NCBI RefSeq assembly: GCF_006345805.1
Contig: NC_043003.1
Span: forward strand, 36,828,001-36,892,000
Direction of reading: 5' to 3'
DNA length: 64,000 nucleotides
DNA from: Octopus sinensis
Taxonomy: Eukaryota
Part shown: piece by piece, positions 1 to 13,294 of the stretch
How positions within the stretch are numbered: the first letter of the stretch is position 1
Layout: each line of letters begins with the position of its first letter
Notes under the pieces: model-generated
Told to the model about the DNA's origin: nothing
Seen by the model: only the letters and a program-made list of their open reading frames with translations
The model's database searches: none
Position numbers and translations under genes: made by a program

Positions 1-169
1 TATTTCATAATATTTATTTGAGGTTTTCTGATTCACGGAATGGTGTGCATAAAATTTATGCATAACATTCCGTGAATCAGAAAAACTCTAATACATTCAA
101 ATATTAGAAATCCTGATTATGAGAGTACAACCAAGTTTCCTAAAATTTAGATTTATTTTATTTCACCTG

Positions 170-945
170 ATACTCGTCGTTAATTAATCGAGACATGCGT
201 TGAATGTTCGTCTCGAATTAATGGTCTTAACTACAGAGAATTGAGGAGGCGAAGGAGTTGATATTAGGTAATGATGCGTTTGGTGTTAGTGAGATGGGAA
301 GAGACATGTGCTCCTTGTTTTTTCTTCTCGGTCTCTCGCTGATACATCAATAATAATTATAACTATGAAAGAAACATCAACACATGTCTACGGGCGATGT
401 TTAGTTAAAAAAGGTAAATGCTGTAAAATCGGACCCATAACAAAACCAACCAAAAGAGAAAGACCGATGGACATATAACCATAAATACTATGAAATAATT
501 GTTTACATACTTATTTCTCTCACAGTAAGACATTCAAATATTAACTTTGTTCTCAATAATATTGGACAGTACCATAGATCTTCTCCATGTTAGTCGAACC
601 ACCCGAGAGTTATGAATGCAGCTCAACTGTTTCATTTCTTTTGTCTACTATCACTCGACTCTTGAATTCACTTCGTCCACCTGCGACACTTCTCTTAACT
701 CCTGTGTTATCTCTGATATCATTTGTTCCCATCGATCAGTTCTACTTCAACATTACTACTTCTGCTCTTTTCTACAAACTAACTGATCGCCACTGATATC
801 TTGACTTCTGTCTCTTCCCATCTCACTAACACCAAACATATCATCACTTAATATCAACTCCTTCACCTCCGCAATTCTCTGTGATTAAGACCATTATTTC
901 GAGACGAGAGTTCAACGCATGTCTCGGTTACTTAACGACGCGTAT
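170..945. repeat. Inverted repeat pair (170-306 / 809-945), ~137-bp arms, ~500-bp spacer
   Basis: Reverse complement of 809-945 aligns by eye with 170-306 (e.g. CGAGACATGCGTTGAA ... TTTGGTGTTAGTGAGATGGGAAGAGACA), roughly 85-90% identical. Confidence 0.8.
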
Positions 946-1281
946 GCTCACACGAAATCCATACCCCCATACGCACCCACGAAATCATTCACACAAATAC
1001 CGTCTCACTTCACGCCCGATCCAGCATATACAGTCTTCCTTTTATATCTACCTCACCTCTTCACTGCTCAAGTCAACAGTACTTCAGACTCTTCCAATCC
1101 CAACCGCTCATTTGCCATCTCTACCCCAATCTACCTCGTCTTGCATTTAAAATCACATCTGAATCATACTAGATTTACAATTCAGTATCTGGATTAGCGA
1201 TTCGGTAATAGTAGTAGGCACCATCACTTGGATTTCATTTTCAGTTACCTGGAATTTAGTTTATTGCATTATGTATTATTG

Positions 1282-1896
1282 TACTTGTTTCAGACATGTC
1301 TGCGGCCATGCAGGGGCATCGCCATCAAGGGTTTAGTCGAAAACAAAAGACCCATGACTCATTTTTTTTTCTAAGCCTAGTACTTATTATATCGGTATCT
1401 TTTGCCAAACCGCTAATTTCCAGAGACACAAACACACCAGCACCGGTTGTCAAGTTATGGCGGAGGAGGGATGACAAACGCGCGCGCGCGAATATATACA
1501 TATATTTCTTTACTACCCACAAGGGGCTAAACACAAAGGGGACAAACAAGGACAGACAAACGGATCAAGTCGTTTATATCGACCCAGTGCGTAACTGGTA
1601 CTTAATTTATCGACCCCGATAGGATGAAAGGCAAAGTCGACCTCGGCGGAATTTGAACTCAGAACGTAACGGCAGACAAAATACGGCTACGCATTTAGCC
1701 CGGCGCGCTAACGTTTCTGCCAGCCTGCCGCCTTATACATATACGAGGGCTTCTTTCAGTTTCTGTCTACTCACAAGGCTTTATTTGGGCCGAGGCTACG
1801 GTATTAGACACATGCCCAACATGCCACGCAGTAGGACTGAATCCGGAACCATTTCGCTTAGAAGCAAACTTCTTGCCACACAGCCACGCATGCGCC
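1282..1896 (-). mobile_element. tRNA-derived SINE family 1 (head GCAGGAGTGGCTGTGTGGTAAG type), split by a family-2 SINE
   Basis: Both halves match the intact copy at 8773-9201; interrupted in its internal microsatellite by 1503-1733. Confidence 0.85.
1503..1733 (-). mobile_element. tRNA-derived SINE family 2 (head GGCGGCGAGCTGGCAGAAACGTTAGC, tail ...GTAGTAAAGAAATA)
   Basis: Matches the copies at 24824-25227, 31298-31705 and 55211-55434; B-box-like GAGTTCAAATTCC. Confidence 0.9.
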
Positions 1897-2414
1897 TATA
1901 TATAAATCAGCAAAGATGCATACATAGATGCATACATGTGCGACTGCATACATATGTACTGATGTGTTTGGTGATAGACATATACGTGAAGTTGCTTTCA
2001 AATACGTACGTGTATACTAGCATACAGTGGTCAAATGCGCATATGAGTGGATATATATTGTGTTAGCACTTGCGTTTTGTGTAGCAAATAATTTGAGTAC
2101 GAGTAATACTCTCAAGTCATAATTATAACAAGCGATTATTTTTGATTGTCATATTTATATACTGTAATTATGGGAAATAAACAGCATTTTAGGATATTCA
2201 ATGGAGTTTCATGCCATTCTTATAGATACAATTCACAGAATGTTTTAAATCCAGTATGAAACGCGTTTCTACAGGAAAATTTTCTGTAATTCCTTGATCG
2301 TTTGAAGCAATCAAATAACTAAAATGCATATTTACATATATTGAGTTCTCTCTTCGCATATATGTGAGTGCATGTGTGCGTGTTTCGCTTTCCCTCGCTC
2401 GCTCTCCCTCTCTC

Positions 2415-2419
<5 letters not shown>

Positions 2420-2464
<45 letters not shown>

Positions 2465-2774
2465 ATCGTCATGGATATATATAGAAGCCATATTGTCAAC
2501 AGAATATGTTTGCGTAATTGCGCGTGCAAGTGAAGATGTTGCACTATTCGCAAAATTATTTGCTGAATGCCGTAATATTTCTTTGTCATTTTATGGCCGT
2601 TCTGTTTCCATCATAAAAAGGAAATGCGCCATAATTCAAGAAATGTATAAAGTAGTTTGGTTATATATATATATATATATATATATACATTTATATATAT
2701 ATACACATGTTTTTATGAGAGAGAGTGTGTTTATATATAAGCATTTATGTCATTGCATTTACGTATATATATGC

Positions 2775-2831
<57 letters not shown>

Positions 2832-3121
2832 CATATATATATATGTTTGTGTTTGTATGTGTACTTTTGTATGTGTGTGAATATATCGTGCGTTTTGTAC
2901 TGTTGACGCACAGACTTTAGAAGAATTTTGAAATATTTTAAAGAAAAATAAAACAAATTTTCTTTGGTATTTCGATAAGAATTAAAACCGTACTGAGTTA
3001 TTTAAAATTATTTAATTTCCTTCTTCCACCCCGGATCTGTTCCAACTTTGTTCTTCATCCTTAACATGCTCCCCTGGTACTATATGTGTATATATATTTA
3101 CAAATATACATATGTGTATAT

Positions 3122-3170
<49 letters not shown>

Positions 3171-3381
3171 TATATATATGCATATCTATAGTTCTCTGTG
3201 GGATATTGTGTATCTATGTATCTATATATACATGTATATATATATATATATATAAAGAGAGAGAGATACATACATACATACATACATACATACACACACA
3301 CATAATACATACATACATACATACATACATACATACATACATACATGCATACGCACAGACATACATACATAAATACATACA

Positions 3382-3415
<34 letters not shown>

Positions 3416-3420
3416 CATGA
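2420..3420. repeat. Compound microsatellite cluster (TA)n, (TACA)n, (TG)n
   Basis: Directly visible; source of the YI/MYVC ORFs. Confidence 0.95.
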
Positions 3421-3782
3421 AACTATTACTGGCTCTTTCCTAATATGTCTTAAAAAGATATTTATCTGACACTGGACGAAATATATTTTTGTTGATTCTA
3501 CCTCTGTGTGAGTGTGTGTGTGTGTAATATATATAATCAGAAATGCGTTCATCTATATTGTCATTCCATCCCAAGTTTCTTCGCTTTTCTTCTCCTTCCC
3601 CGTCCGCTGCCGCGTCATCTACTCCTCCTATTGGTTCTGAAACAAATATGGCGATTTTATTCCATTTTACCGTTTATTATTTTTATGTCTTACGTCCTCG
3701 AGTTTGCACTCAAACGATATTAACAGTAATGTAATCACTACGAACGACATTATTATCAGAAATTTATCAATATTATGATTGC

Positions 3783-3796
3783 TATTATTATTATTA

Positions 3797-3835
<39 letters not shown>

Positions 3836-3861
3836 CATCATCATCATCATCATCGTCTTCG

Positions 3862-3941
<80 letters not shown>
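3783..3941. repeat. (ATT)n-(ATC)n-(ATT)n trinucleotide array
   Basis: Directly visible. Confidence 0.95.
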
Positions 3942-4493
3942 GAGTGAGCGAGCAGAGCATGCCATCAAAGTGACACTGGGGTAAAATATACGAAGCCCAG
4001 TATACCCATCATGACTACCCGACTGATAAGGGTACACCAGGCACATGCATCACAACTATATGTGCGCGACATGGTGATCTCATATCAAGATAAACAGCAC
4101 ATGACCTTGCAGGTGGAGCCCAGTTAGAATTTTCTTCAGATCGAGTAACCCATCCCGCTCAAAAGGTCCCTGAATAAGGGTTGTTTAAGGACGTTGAACG
4201 AAACACCCATGTTTCCAGAGGTGAATTATTCAAACCCCAAAGAATCCTTCTCAACACATGGCTATGATGCTCCCCCACTACTTCTGCTCGTGATCAGAGA
4301 TGCACATATCGTCAGCCACTAAGGGACATGCTCAACTAGTTAAGGTGAAACAACTGACAAGCAATCTGTGGTATTGAGCAGAATATTGCTGTAGCCCATC
4401 TTTTATACCAAGACAAAACAATGTACATGATAACACTTCCAATCAGTTAAGATCAGAAGCCATGAGAGCCACTGCCTGGTACTGCATCAGGGC
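3942..4493 (-). mobile_element. ~550-bp non-coding interspersed element embedded in (AAT)n arrays (putative retroposon)
   Basis: Flanked on both sides by (AAT)n; a diverged, truncated second copy at 38687-39003 is also flanked by (AAT)n. Confidence 0.75.
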
Positions 4494-4520
4494 ATTTATT
4501 ATTATTATTTATTATTATTA

Positions 4521-4568
<48 letters not shown>

Positions 4569-4582
4569 CATTATGATCATCA

Positions 4583-4627
<45 letters not shown>

Positions 4628-4650
4628 TATTATTATTATTATTATTACTA
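4494..4650. repeat. (ATT)n/(ATC)n array
   Basis: Directly visible. Confidence 0.95.
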
Positions 4651-4782
4651 TCATGGTTACTTTTTATATAAATGTTGATATAAAGCATATGACCATCATC
4701 AGTATCATTATCATGATCATCACCATTAACTCTGTTGTTGTTGTTGTTGGTGGTGGTGTTGATGCTGTTATTGTTATTGTTA

Positions 4783-4985
4783 AGGCTGGAAACTGCCCCA
4801 ATCATTAGCGCTCTGATCAAAATGCTTGGCGGTAATTCGTCCGTCTGCACGTTCGGAGTTCAAATGCAGCTGTAGTCGACTTAGCATTTTGTCCCTTCGA
4901 GTCGATAAAATAAGTACCAGTTAAGTACTGGGGTCATGTAATCGACTAGCCACTAACCCCAAAATTTCAATCCTTGTGACTATAG
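4783..4985 (+). mobile_element. Diverged SINE family 2 variant (short 3' end ...CCAAAATTTCA..CCTTGTG.CTATAGTA)
   Basis: Shares GAGTTCAAAT..GTCGAC..GTCGATAAAATAAGTACCAGTT..CTGGGGTC..GTAATCGAC core with family 2. Confidence 0.75.
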
Positions 4986-5394
4986 TACACGTTTTGCCTT
5001 ATTATTGTTATATTTCCTGCCGCTGCATCCACTCTTTTCCGCTGCTGTGAAAGTGAATGGCATTAATTTGGACTACCGAAGTTATTAGTAAACCTTTCAG
5101 CTCTCAGTAAGCATATTAGACTTATGGATATCGACCGAAGAATTCACATATCTTTAAGCTCCGAGGCCGTCTATTTTAGATATTAAGCAATCTGTAGTAT
5201 TCTTATCTACTAGTCAACAGTATACGGTCTAGATATGCTCTGGGAGACCCGATGTGAAGTGTCCACGTCCACATTGGCACATTTGAGAAATGCAGTCGAT
5301 ACCTATCAGACGAATGAAATTATATGAACATGTTTATGAACATTTTGCACACTACTCTCCTATCGGGTTAGCCTACACAGTTCACATATGTTTC

Positions 5395-5740
5395 TTCACA
5401 ACGTTTCATTCACCCACTAACACAAAAGAACAAAACGTTGAGATGAAAATTTTTGTGATGTCTGAAGAAATTTTATTGCTCTGTATAGACAGTTATTAAA
5501 GCACTCCTTTCGCTACTTTTCACATCCAGGACCAGCACCTTACCATCTTTGTCCATGATGATAGTCTCTATCGTGAGACCCAGAACTTTCCCTAACAACA
5601 CAGTGGCTCCCTGTCTCCGTCGCGTTAGTGAATTGTACACTTCGTATAGACAGAAAATGAGCTTCAAGACACGTAGCTCCGAAATTTGGTTTCACTGATG
5701 GCAACCACATCAATATTTAGTAAACTGAAGGTGTTGAGAA
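5395..5740 (-). pseudogene. Apurinic-type endonuclease (APE) remnant of an L1/Tx1-type LINE
   Basis: Minus strand reads LNIDVVAISETK (catalytic Glu motif), then after a frameshift GATVLLGKVLGLTIETIIMDKDGKVLVLDVKSSERSALITVY, and a decayed GDxN-like motif near 5400-5420. Confidence 0.6.
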
Positions 5741-6904
5741 GATGGTCTTGCTTCCATGGTGAATGTAGGCCACCTACGTTTTGCCATTTATTCTATTCTC
5801 TTTTGCCATGTAAGTTGGAAAGAAGTGAGAAACCCCACTTATCTTATTCCAATGGAGAGACGTATATCCGTCCCTGCGTTGAATTTTGAATGTGTTCACA
5901 AGTAGACCTCTATATATTCTTCTATTTAAATTCCCTCTGATGTCTTCTACGCCGTTGGGACATTTTTAAAGCTGTATGTGTCATGTGATATTTGAATGAT
6001 TTTTTTATGTTTCCTGAAATGCTATTAGTTGATGTAATGGACTTAATATGCGGTAGGCTTCTGTGTCAGTGTCTATGGACCATTAGTATTTAATTGCTTG
6101 TGTTTAGTGCCGTGTTGATAATGATGTCTGTTTTTTTTTTTTCGTCTGACTGTGTGTGTTCTGACTATCAATGCATGTAGGAATTGTTAGACTGTGATGT
6201 GTTTGTAATAGTGGTGTCTGTGGTGGTGGTGGTGTAGGTGGTTGTGGTGGTGGTAATGGTTGTGGTGGTGGGGATGACGGGGTTGATAGTACTTGTGTAG
6301 CTTCTGTAAGGGATAATTTTACTAAGTCGATGCTCAAGCATATCTCATTTATTTATGACTCCCAGATATTTTTGCTGTTTTTTTTTCGTTTGGGTGTATT
6401 TCTATCGTTTCCTTTTCTTTCCATCGGTAACGTTTCGGCCTTTAGGTTCATCGATCCCATCATCACCACATGGCATGTTTGTGTAGTGTGAGCTGGGAAA
6501 GAGGATATCTTGAAGATGTTAACGTTACTGTATATGTTGTTGTTATGTAATGTTTTGCAGCTTTGTTTTTGCTGTTTTCTGTGATACAGTGACATAGATG
6601 GCGATGTATCATCTGTAGTTTTTGCTGTTTTCACTGTTAGTGTTGTAGTTACCGTTGCTGCTGTAGATGCTGCTTAATATCATGGAAGTGGAGTTGCAAT
6701 CACAGTTACTGTGGTTGCATAATGTTGCTGTAGTTCTTGTAACTGTTTGTGCTGCAGTTCCTGCTGTTCTTGGATGTCCTGATGTTGTGGTGTATGCAGT
6801 AGTAGAGGCGTTTTTCAGCTGCCATTTTCTGTAATTGAAGGTTGAAGGCCTTGAGATGATTGGTGTTTCCAAAGTATGCGCGTGGCATAGTAGTTTGAGC
6901 GCAC

Positions 6905-7040
6905 GGCTCACAATAGTAAGATCGTGAGATCAATTCCCGTCAGCACGTTGAGTCCTTGAACAAGACAAGGATTTCATGTTGCTCCTGTTATTATAGCCGA
7001 TCAAAAAAAGAAGCAGTCGAGTTCTAGCATCAATATAATC
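6905..7040 (+). mobile_element. Degenerate SINE family 4 fragment
   Basis: TTGAGTCCTTGAACAAGACA..TTTCATGTTGCTCC resembles the central domain of 63230-63517 and 32470-32560. Confidence 0.4.
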
Positions 7041-7239
7041 AGCTTACCCCACTCCACGTAGAAGCCGACCTTGAGTCATAATTTAAGACCATCATCATCA
7101 TCAGCAGCAGCAGCATCAGCATCACAGTGAAGTATATGAAAACAATAACTACTGCCGTTGTTGCTTATATGTATGTGTATGTGTGTGCATGTGTGTGTGC
7201 ATGTGTTTGCGCGTGTTGTATGTGCGTGTGCGTGTGGGC

Positions 7240-7470
7240 TTTTTGTGTTGATGTTTGTTCCACACAAATGCTCGATAACAGGTTTGGTGTGCTTTTGTCC
7301 CTCTAACGAGGCGGTTCGGCACAAAGGACCGAAAGTAGTAGATTTAATATAAACATATATATATATATATATATAAGTATTCGGGTCGATTCGTTCGACA
7401 AAATTCTTCAAGTCGGTACCCCACCATGACCGCAGTCTAATGACTGAAACAAGGGTAAGATAAAAGAGAG
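7240..7470 (+). mobile_element. SINE family 1, 3' half, diverged
   Basis: GCGGTTCGGC...GGGTCGATTCGTTCGAC...CCGCAGTCTAATGACTGAAACAAG. Confidence 0.75.
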
Positions 7471-7491
7471 ATATCATATGGATATACATAC

Positions 7492-7550
<59 letters not shown>

Positions 7551-7554
<4 letters not shown>

Positions 7555-7649
7555 CCTTTCGGGGTCGATAAATTAAGTACCGGTTGCGTACTGCGGTCGA
7601 TCTAATCGACTGGCCCAAATTTCCGGCCTTGTGCCTAGAGTAGAAAAGT

Positions 7650-7650
<1 letters not shown>
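7551..7650 (+). mobile_element. SINE family 2, 3' fragment
   Basis: TCCTTTCGGGGTCGATAAATTAAGTACC...GCCTTGTGCCTAGAGTAGAAAAG. Confidence 0.75.
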
Positions 7651-7690
<40 letters not shown>

Positions 7691-8471
7691 TACCCGGATA
7701 ACTGAAGAGTTGGCGGCGTGGATTTCCACCTCGGCATCCGAAACTCGGAGTTTTATCATGGCTACCGAATAATTGTCACATATAACATTTATTATGTAAA
7801 TTCCCCTATTTACATAATATCGAGGTTTTCATTCTTTTGTTCTCTTACCATTTTATCTATCTATCTATCTATCTATCTATATATATATATATATATAATA
7901 TATATATATATGAGAAAGGGGAGCTGTAGGGTACCGCACGAGTGGATTATATACGAAAGAAGGTTTGAAAATGCAATTTAAAAGATGTTTATTTACTTTA
8001 CCGGTTCACTCTTTGGAAAAAGATTGTCAAAAGTAACAAGTAGAAGTTTGGTTGCGTTAATTATTGGTTGTTACAAATTGCTACATTACATATATACAGT
8101 CTTTTGGTAACAGGGACATGTTAAGGACATAAAAAAGTTCAACAAGTTCCTTAAAATATTGGGCACAAAAGATTACGACATAAATAATCATTCTGAAGGA
8201 CATGCTTAAGATAGTTTCCAGAAGAAATTGATATTGGTATTGGTATTGTATCTGTATATTCAAACATGCACAGAATATTGGTTGACACAGAGTACTACAA
8301 TCCATATAAATATACATTCTTTGGTGACAAGAGCATGTTGAGAATAACAAGCTCATTGAAATAATGGGTACAAAAGATTACAACAAATATATTATACATT
8401 CTCAAGATAATTTCCAGAAGGAATTATTAAAAACAGTTCAGTAAATATTGGTATACACGTACAGAATATTA

Positions 8472-8505
8472 TGAAGCTAAAACTGACCTGTCAGTTTTAG
8501 CTTCA
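8472..8505. repeat. Perfect 16-bp inverted repeat with 2-nt loop
   Basis: TGAAGCTAAAACTGAC-CT-GTCAGTTTTAGCTTCA. Confidence 0.95.
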
Positions 8506-8772
8506 CTACTATTATAATGTAAACCATTTTGAACTCATAATATTATGTACGTGTATACGACGAATTTATGGGAGATATTAGAAGAGAAACGGAACACCTG
8601 ACTTGTGCAGGAAACTTAGGTCCTATGTCAATCGTTGTGCAAGGGTGATCTCCAACAAAGCTCTACAAAAGTCATACTAACTGTATTAAGTACATATTTA
8701 CGCTTTTTTTTTTAAAAGTTTTGAGTTAACTGAAGCATTTTTTGGCTTGATCATACTTTTATTTTACACATA

Positions 8773-9201
8773 GGTGCAGGAGTGGCTGTGTGGTAAGTAG
8801 CTTGTTTACCAACCACATGGTTTCGGGTTCAGTCCCACTGCGTGGCACCTTAGGCTAGTGTCTTCTACTATAGCCTCGGGCCGACCAACGCCTTGTGAGT
8901 GGATTTGGTAGACGGAAACTGAAAGAAGCCCGTCGTATATATGTATATATATATATGTATGTGTGTGTGTTTGTGTGTCTGTGTTTGTGTGTCTGTGTTT
9001 GTCCCCCTAGCATTGCTTGACAACCGATGCTGGTGTGTTTATGTCCCCGTTACTTAGCGGTTCGGCAAAAAAGACCGATAGAATAAGTAGTGGGCTTACA
9101 AAAGAATAAGTCCCGCGGTCGAATTGCTCGATTAAAGGCGGTGCTGCAGCATGTCCGCAGTCAAATGACTGAAACAAGTAAAAGAGTAAAAGAGTAAAGA
9201 G
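8773..9201 (+). mobile_element. Full-length SINE family 1 with internal (TA)/(TG) microsatellite and (AAAGAGT)n tail
   Basis: tRNA-like head with A box TGGCTGTGTGG and B box GGGTTCAGTCCC; multiple related copies in the window. Confidence 0.9.
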
Positions 9202-9445
9202 TATGAGGCATTTAAAGGTAACATGTGTTAGAGTTATTAACTTATATTATGACAATTATACAAACTTAGATTTTTCCCAGAATTTAGCTAATGATTAAAC
9301 ATATTTACGAAACCAATTGCGAATCTGTACGCTTACTAGCTTTTCCAAAATTAAAAAAAATATTAATCGTTTTCTGTTTTAGCTCGCTACTGTATGTATG
9401 TACGTATAAATATACATTCATACATACAAGCATAAGTAAATGTTC

Positions 9446-9479
<34 letters not shown>

Positions 9480-9904
9480 GGATATAGATCTAGAGAAAGA
9501 TATATATACTTATAAATATAAGTATATATAAATATAAGTATAAATATAAATAAATATATAGATATATATGGATATAGATATAGAGAAAGATATATATACT
9601 TGTAAATATAAAAACAAATATTTATTCATAAGGAAAGCAATGAAAGAAGAACAAAGGTAGGTGAGAGAAAGAGAGATATATTTTGTTGATGGTGTGGAAC
9701 GTAAATATAAAATTGCTCAATACAAAATTTATTTACACCAAAATTAGTAGTTTCATATATGTTCATTTACACATACAACCCGCACGTACATATATGCTCA
9801 TACAAAACCGCTTATATATACATTTATATATCACACCAACCAACACAAACACACATATATGTGTGCATGTGTGTTATATATACATAAATAATAAAATAAT
9901 AGCT

Positions 9905-10007
9905 GTATACATATATATATATATATTCATACATACATACACACAACACACATACATATATATACACCTACACACATATACATATATATATATACTTATA
10001 TTTATAC

Positions 10008-10084
<77 letters not shown>

Positions 10085-10090
10085 CATATA

Positions 10091-10171
<81 letters not shown>

Positions 10172-10190
10172 GTATATATATGAATAAATA
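9905..10190. repeat. Long (TA)n compound microsatellite
   Basis: Directly visible. Confidence 0.95.
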
Positions 10191-10758
10191 TATATAAGTA
10201 TACATGCCTGTATGCACGCTGTTATTGTTACAATCGTATACTTGTTTCGTTATTAGTTTTTTCTTTTTCTTTTTTTTCTTGTTCTTCTCACATCAGGAAA
10301 TGGAAAACCTGAACATAAAAGTTTGGTTGAGTTGTAAACAACATATACTGAGGTGTCAAGCTTGTTTGTTATTCCACTAGGAAATATGTAAATATAGACA
10401 GAAATAAAGAAATAAATGTAAGCTTCCATTTCTTTATGACCTGCTGTCTCACAAACCAATACTTTACTTTGTTGACGGAGACACGTTTCCTTTATTATAC
10501 TCGATTCTGTAGTGAATATTACGTCATAATTACGTCATAGATATTGTAATAGATAAAAACCACCACTCGTTATCACGAAGTGATTGAAATTCATTACTTT
10601 GTTAGCTGTACTCATGATAGATAAGCAACAAGCTAAATATCTCTCCAATTTAGATTCTCATTTGAAATCAAACTCACGTATAAGAGTATATGAGAAATGA
10701 TTTTGTTTTTATTTTTCTGAAGAATTTTTAGGCTTGGGCAGTCTATGTAACACTTTTT

Positions 10759-10970
10759 ACTATAGGCGCAAGGTCTGAAATTTTAAGGAAGGGGGCTAAT
10801 CCATTTCATCGACCCCAACACTGAACTTCTATTTACTTTATCGAGCTCGAAATGATGAAAGGCAGAGAGGAACTCGGCGAAATTTGAACTCAGATCGTAA
10901 AATCTGACGAAACATTGCTAAGTAATTTGTCCAGCAAGCTAACAATTCTACCAGCTCACTCCCTTCAGGC
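10759..10970 (-). mobile_element. Diverged SINE family 2 variant
   Basis: GATGAAAGGCA...CTCGGCGAAATTTGAACTCAGA...GCTAAC..TTCTACCAGCTCAC. Confidence 0.75.
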
Positions 10971-11089
10971 ATCTAAATAATGTATAAATATATATAAAGA
11001 GAATGTTAGTGAGTGTCGTCTTCTCAGGTTTTTAATACAGGATTTTATATAGTTCATTCGTAGAAAGTTCCAGAAAGATGCCGAAAATT

Positions 11090-11900
11090 TGGGCTGGTGG
11101 TAACATGAAACTTCGTATCTGACCTATGCGTACTTCTCAGTTAATCATTTTTGACCATGGCACACCTGAACAGTCGGCACTGTCTGCTGTCATCCTCGTC
11201 AATTGATATGCCGTAACCATTTTTAAAGTCGCTGAAATTTAGTAGTAAGAAAGTCTGAGGTTCATTTTTCTTGTTCAGTACTTCTGAATATGAAAATATG
11301 AATTAACTGTGCCGCCACACCGTCTACAACCAAGTCTCCCATCACTTTTTCCGTTTTAGTTTTTTTTGTCTGTTGCGATGGATTCTACTTAGAAATTTTT
11401 GATGTATTAATAACAGAAATTTCGTTTGGTATTTGTTGGCTTTCAAACTTGCCAATCTTTTTACATACTGGATTTACCGGTATACGCTTCCAGTTATTTG
11501 GAGTCTTTTCCGTTTTCTTAACTATATATTGAGTATTACGTATAATATATTAACCATCCATATTCCCCTCGATTTTAGTACTTCAACACCGATGACGTCT
11601 ATGCTGATGCCTTATATTCTATTTATTGTCTTTTAAATTTATTTATTTATTTCTGCATCGGACGGCCATCCTAGTTTTGTTGTATTGCTTCCGAATTGTG
11701 TGACAATCAAAGAGATGTTTAAATTATGTGTAAATATGTTTCTAATTTTCTATGTTTCTAATTGCCAGATTATAAGTTCTATTTTCTCGTGCAGGTTTTT
11801 GTTTCTGCATATTTTAAGTATATTTTGGCTGCTTTACTAATTTATTTGTATCATATAGCTTTCATAATATTGTCCGGAATGTACATTTCCTAGCATTTAT
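11090..11900 (-). pseudogene. Highly decayed CR1/L2-like LINE remnant
   Basis: Fragmentary minus-strand peptides (MGDLVVDG; MTADSADCSGVP) resemble the pre-RT region of the better preserved copy at 45074-46060; many stops. Confidence 0.3.
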
Positions 11901-12016
11901 ACTTTGACAATTTACCATTATTCACAAACTGTCCCTAACGTTAGGCTCGTAGCCTGTTTCTGACAACATATGCAGACACATGCAGATATGAGTGATTGAG
12001 TGCATAAGTAGGTGTA

Positions 12017-13294
12017 TGAGATATTTTCATTAAAGATTTCCCTTGACCAGCTTCACAAGGACTGGGATAAACGAAACTTGGCATAATTATTAGTCCTTCT
12101 CTAAATAGTCACCACCATTCGTAACACACTTCTCCCATCACTGTAAGCAGCTCTGAGGTCTTCATCTGTAAAAGTCGGTAGGTTGCGTCTGAACCCAAGA
12201 TTTTACCTCGGAAATAAGTTCATCATCATACGAAAAGTGCTTCCCCTTCAAACACAACATCATGATTGGAAAGAGATGGAATGCAGATGGTGCGAGGTCG
12301 GGAAAGTAAGGATCGTGAGGAAGGACTTCATAGCCGCAGGAGTGTGCTTTCATCTCAGCAACATGCGCATTGTGAAGTGGGGCGTTGTTTTGGAGGAGGC
12401 GGACTCCTTTGGTCAGCATGCCACGTCTCTCTGCTTTAATGGCTTCCCGCAATTTCCGCAGCAGAGAAGCGTAATATACTCCGTTAATTGTGGTACCCTT
12501 TGGCAGAAAATCCATCATCACTACTCTGCGCTGATCCAAAAATACAGTGAGCATCACCTTACCTGCTGAGGGTTGGACACGAGCCTTCTTTTGAGGTGAT
12601 GAGATATCATGCTTCCATTGCTTCGACTGGACTTTAATCCCAAGATCACAGTGACGGACCTATTTTTCATCCTGTGTGATAAGTCTGCCGAAAACGTACA
12701 CCTCGTTTTCTTGGCACATTGCCAAAAGTGCCAGGAAGAAATTGATTTGTTCCTGCATTTGAAAAGCTGTGAGCATCTGGGAATCCATAATGCAGGAAAA
12801 TCCGCATGTGCAAATGGTCGCCAATGACTTTTTCCAAGAACCCTACACTTATCTTCCCTTCTTCGGCTAGATGCCGAATCTTCCAAATTGGCCGCTTCCA
12901 CTCCATGGATGGTGTCTTCATCAATGGCAAAATATGGTCGTCCAAGAATAGGAGCAGTTATCACCGGCGTTTGACAACATTTGAGCTGGCGTCACCAGTT
13001 CTTGTCTACGTCGTATGATGGTGCATCGTCACCATACACTTCTGTCATCTCATTAAAAGTCTCTTTTGGTCTACGACTTTTCAAGTATAAGAACCTGATC
13101 ACTGATCTACATTCAATTGCCTCCATTATAACACCACATTCCACTTCAGCAGCCGTAAAAGACAAACGAATGCTAGTGAGAAGCTGCAATTTACAATGTA
13201 ACATGTAGAGACATGTATGATTATATCTGTACAAGTTCCGTTTCCTGCAATAACCTCGAGTGGGTCAGAGGCAATCCTTAATGAACATCCCTCG
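12017..13294 (-). mobile_element. Mariner (DD34D-type) DNA transposon, full length (~1.28 kb), inactive
   Basis: TA at 12015-16 and 13295-96; ~30-bp imperfect TIRs (TATGAGATATTTTCATTAAAGATT.. / TACGAGGGATGTTCATTAAGGATT..). Confidence 0.9.
12090..13126 (-). pseudogene. Mariner transposase pseudogene (~345 codons, frameshifts and stops)
   Basis: MEAIECRSVIRFLYLK...YGDDAPSY HTH start; VFLDQRRVVMMDFLPKGTTINGVYY; LLQNNAPLH; PHDPYFPDLAPSAFHLF (decayed YSPDLAPSD). Confidence 0.9.

Noticed and set aside
165-210. Hammerhead-like GAGAC-ATGC-GTT at the outer end of the first inverted repeat
   Set aside because: Neither arm has CTGANGA or GAAA; too many changes would be needed.
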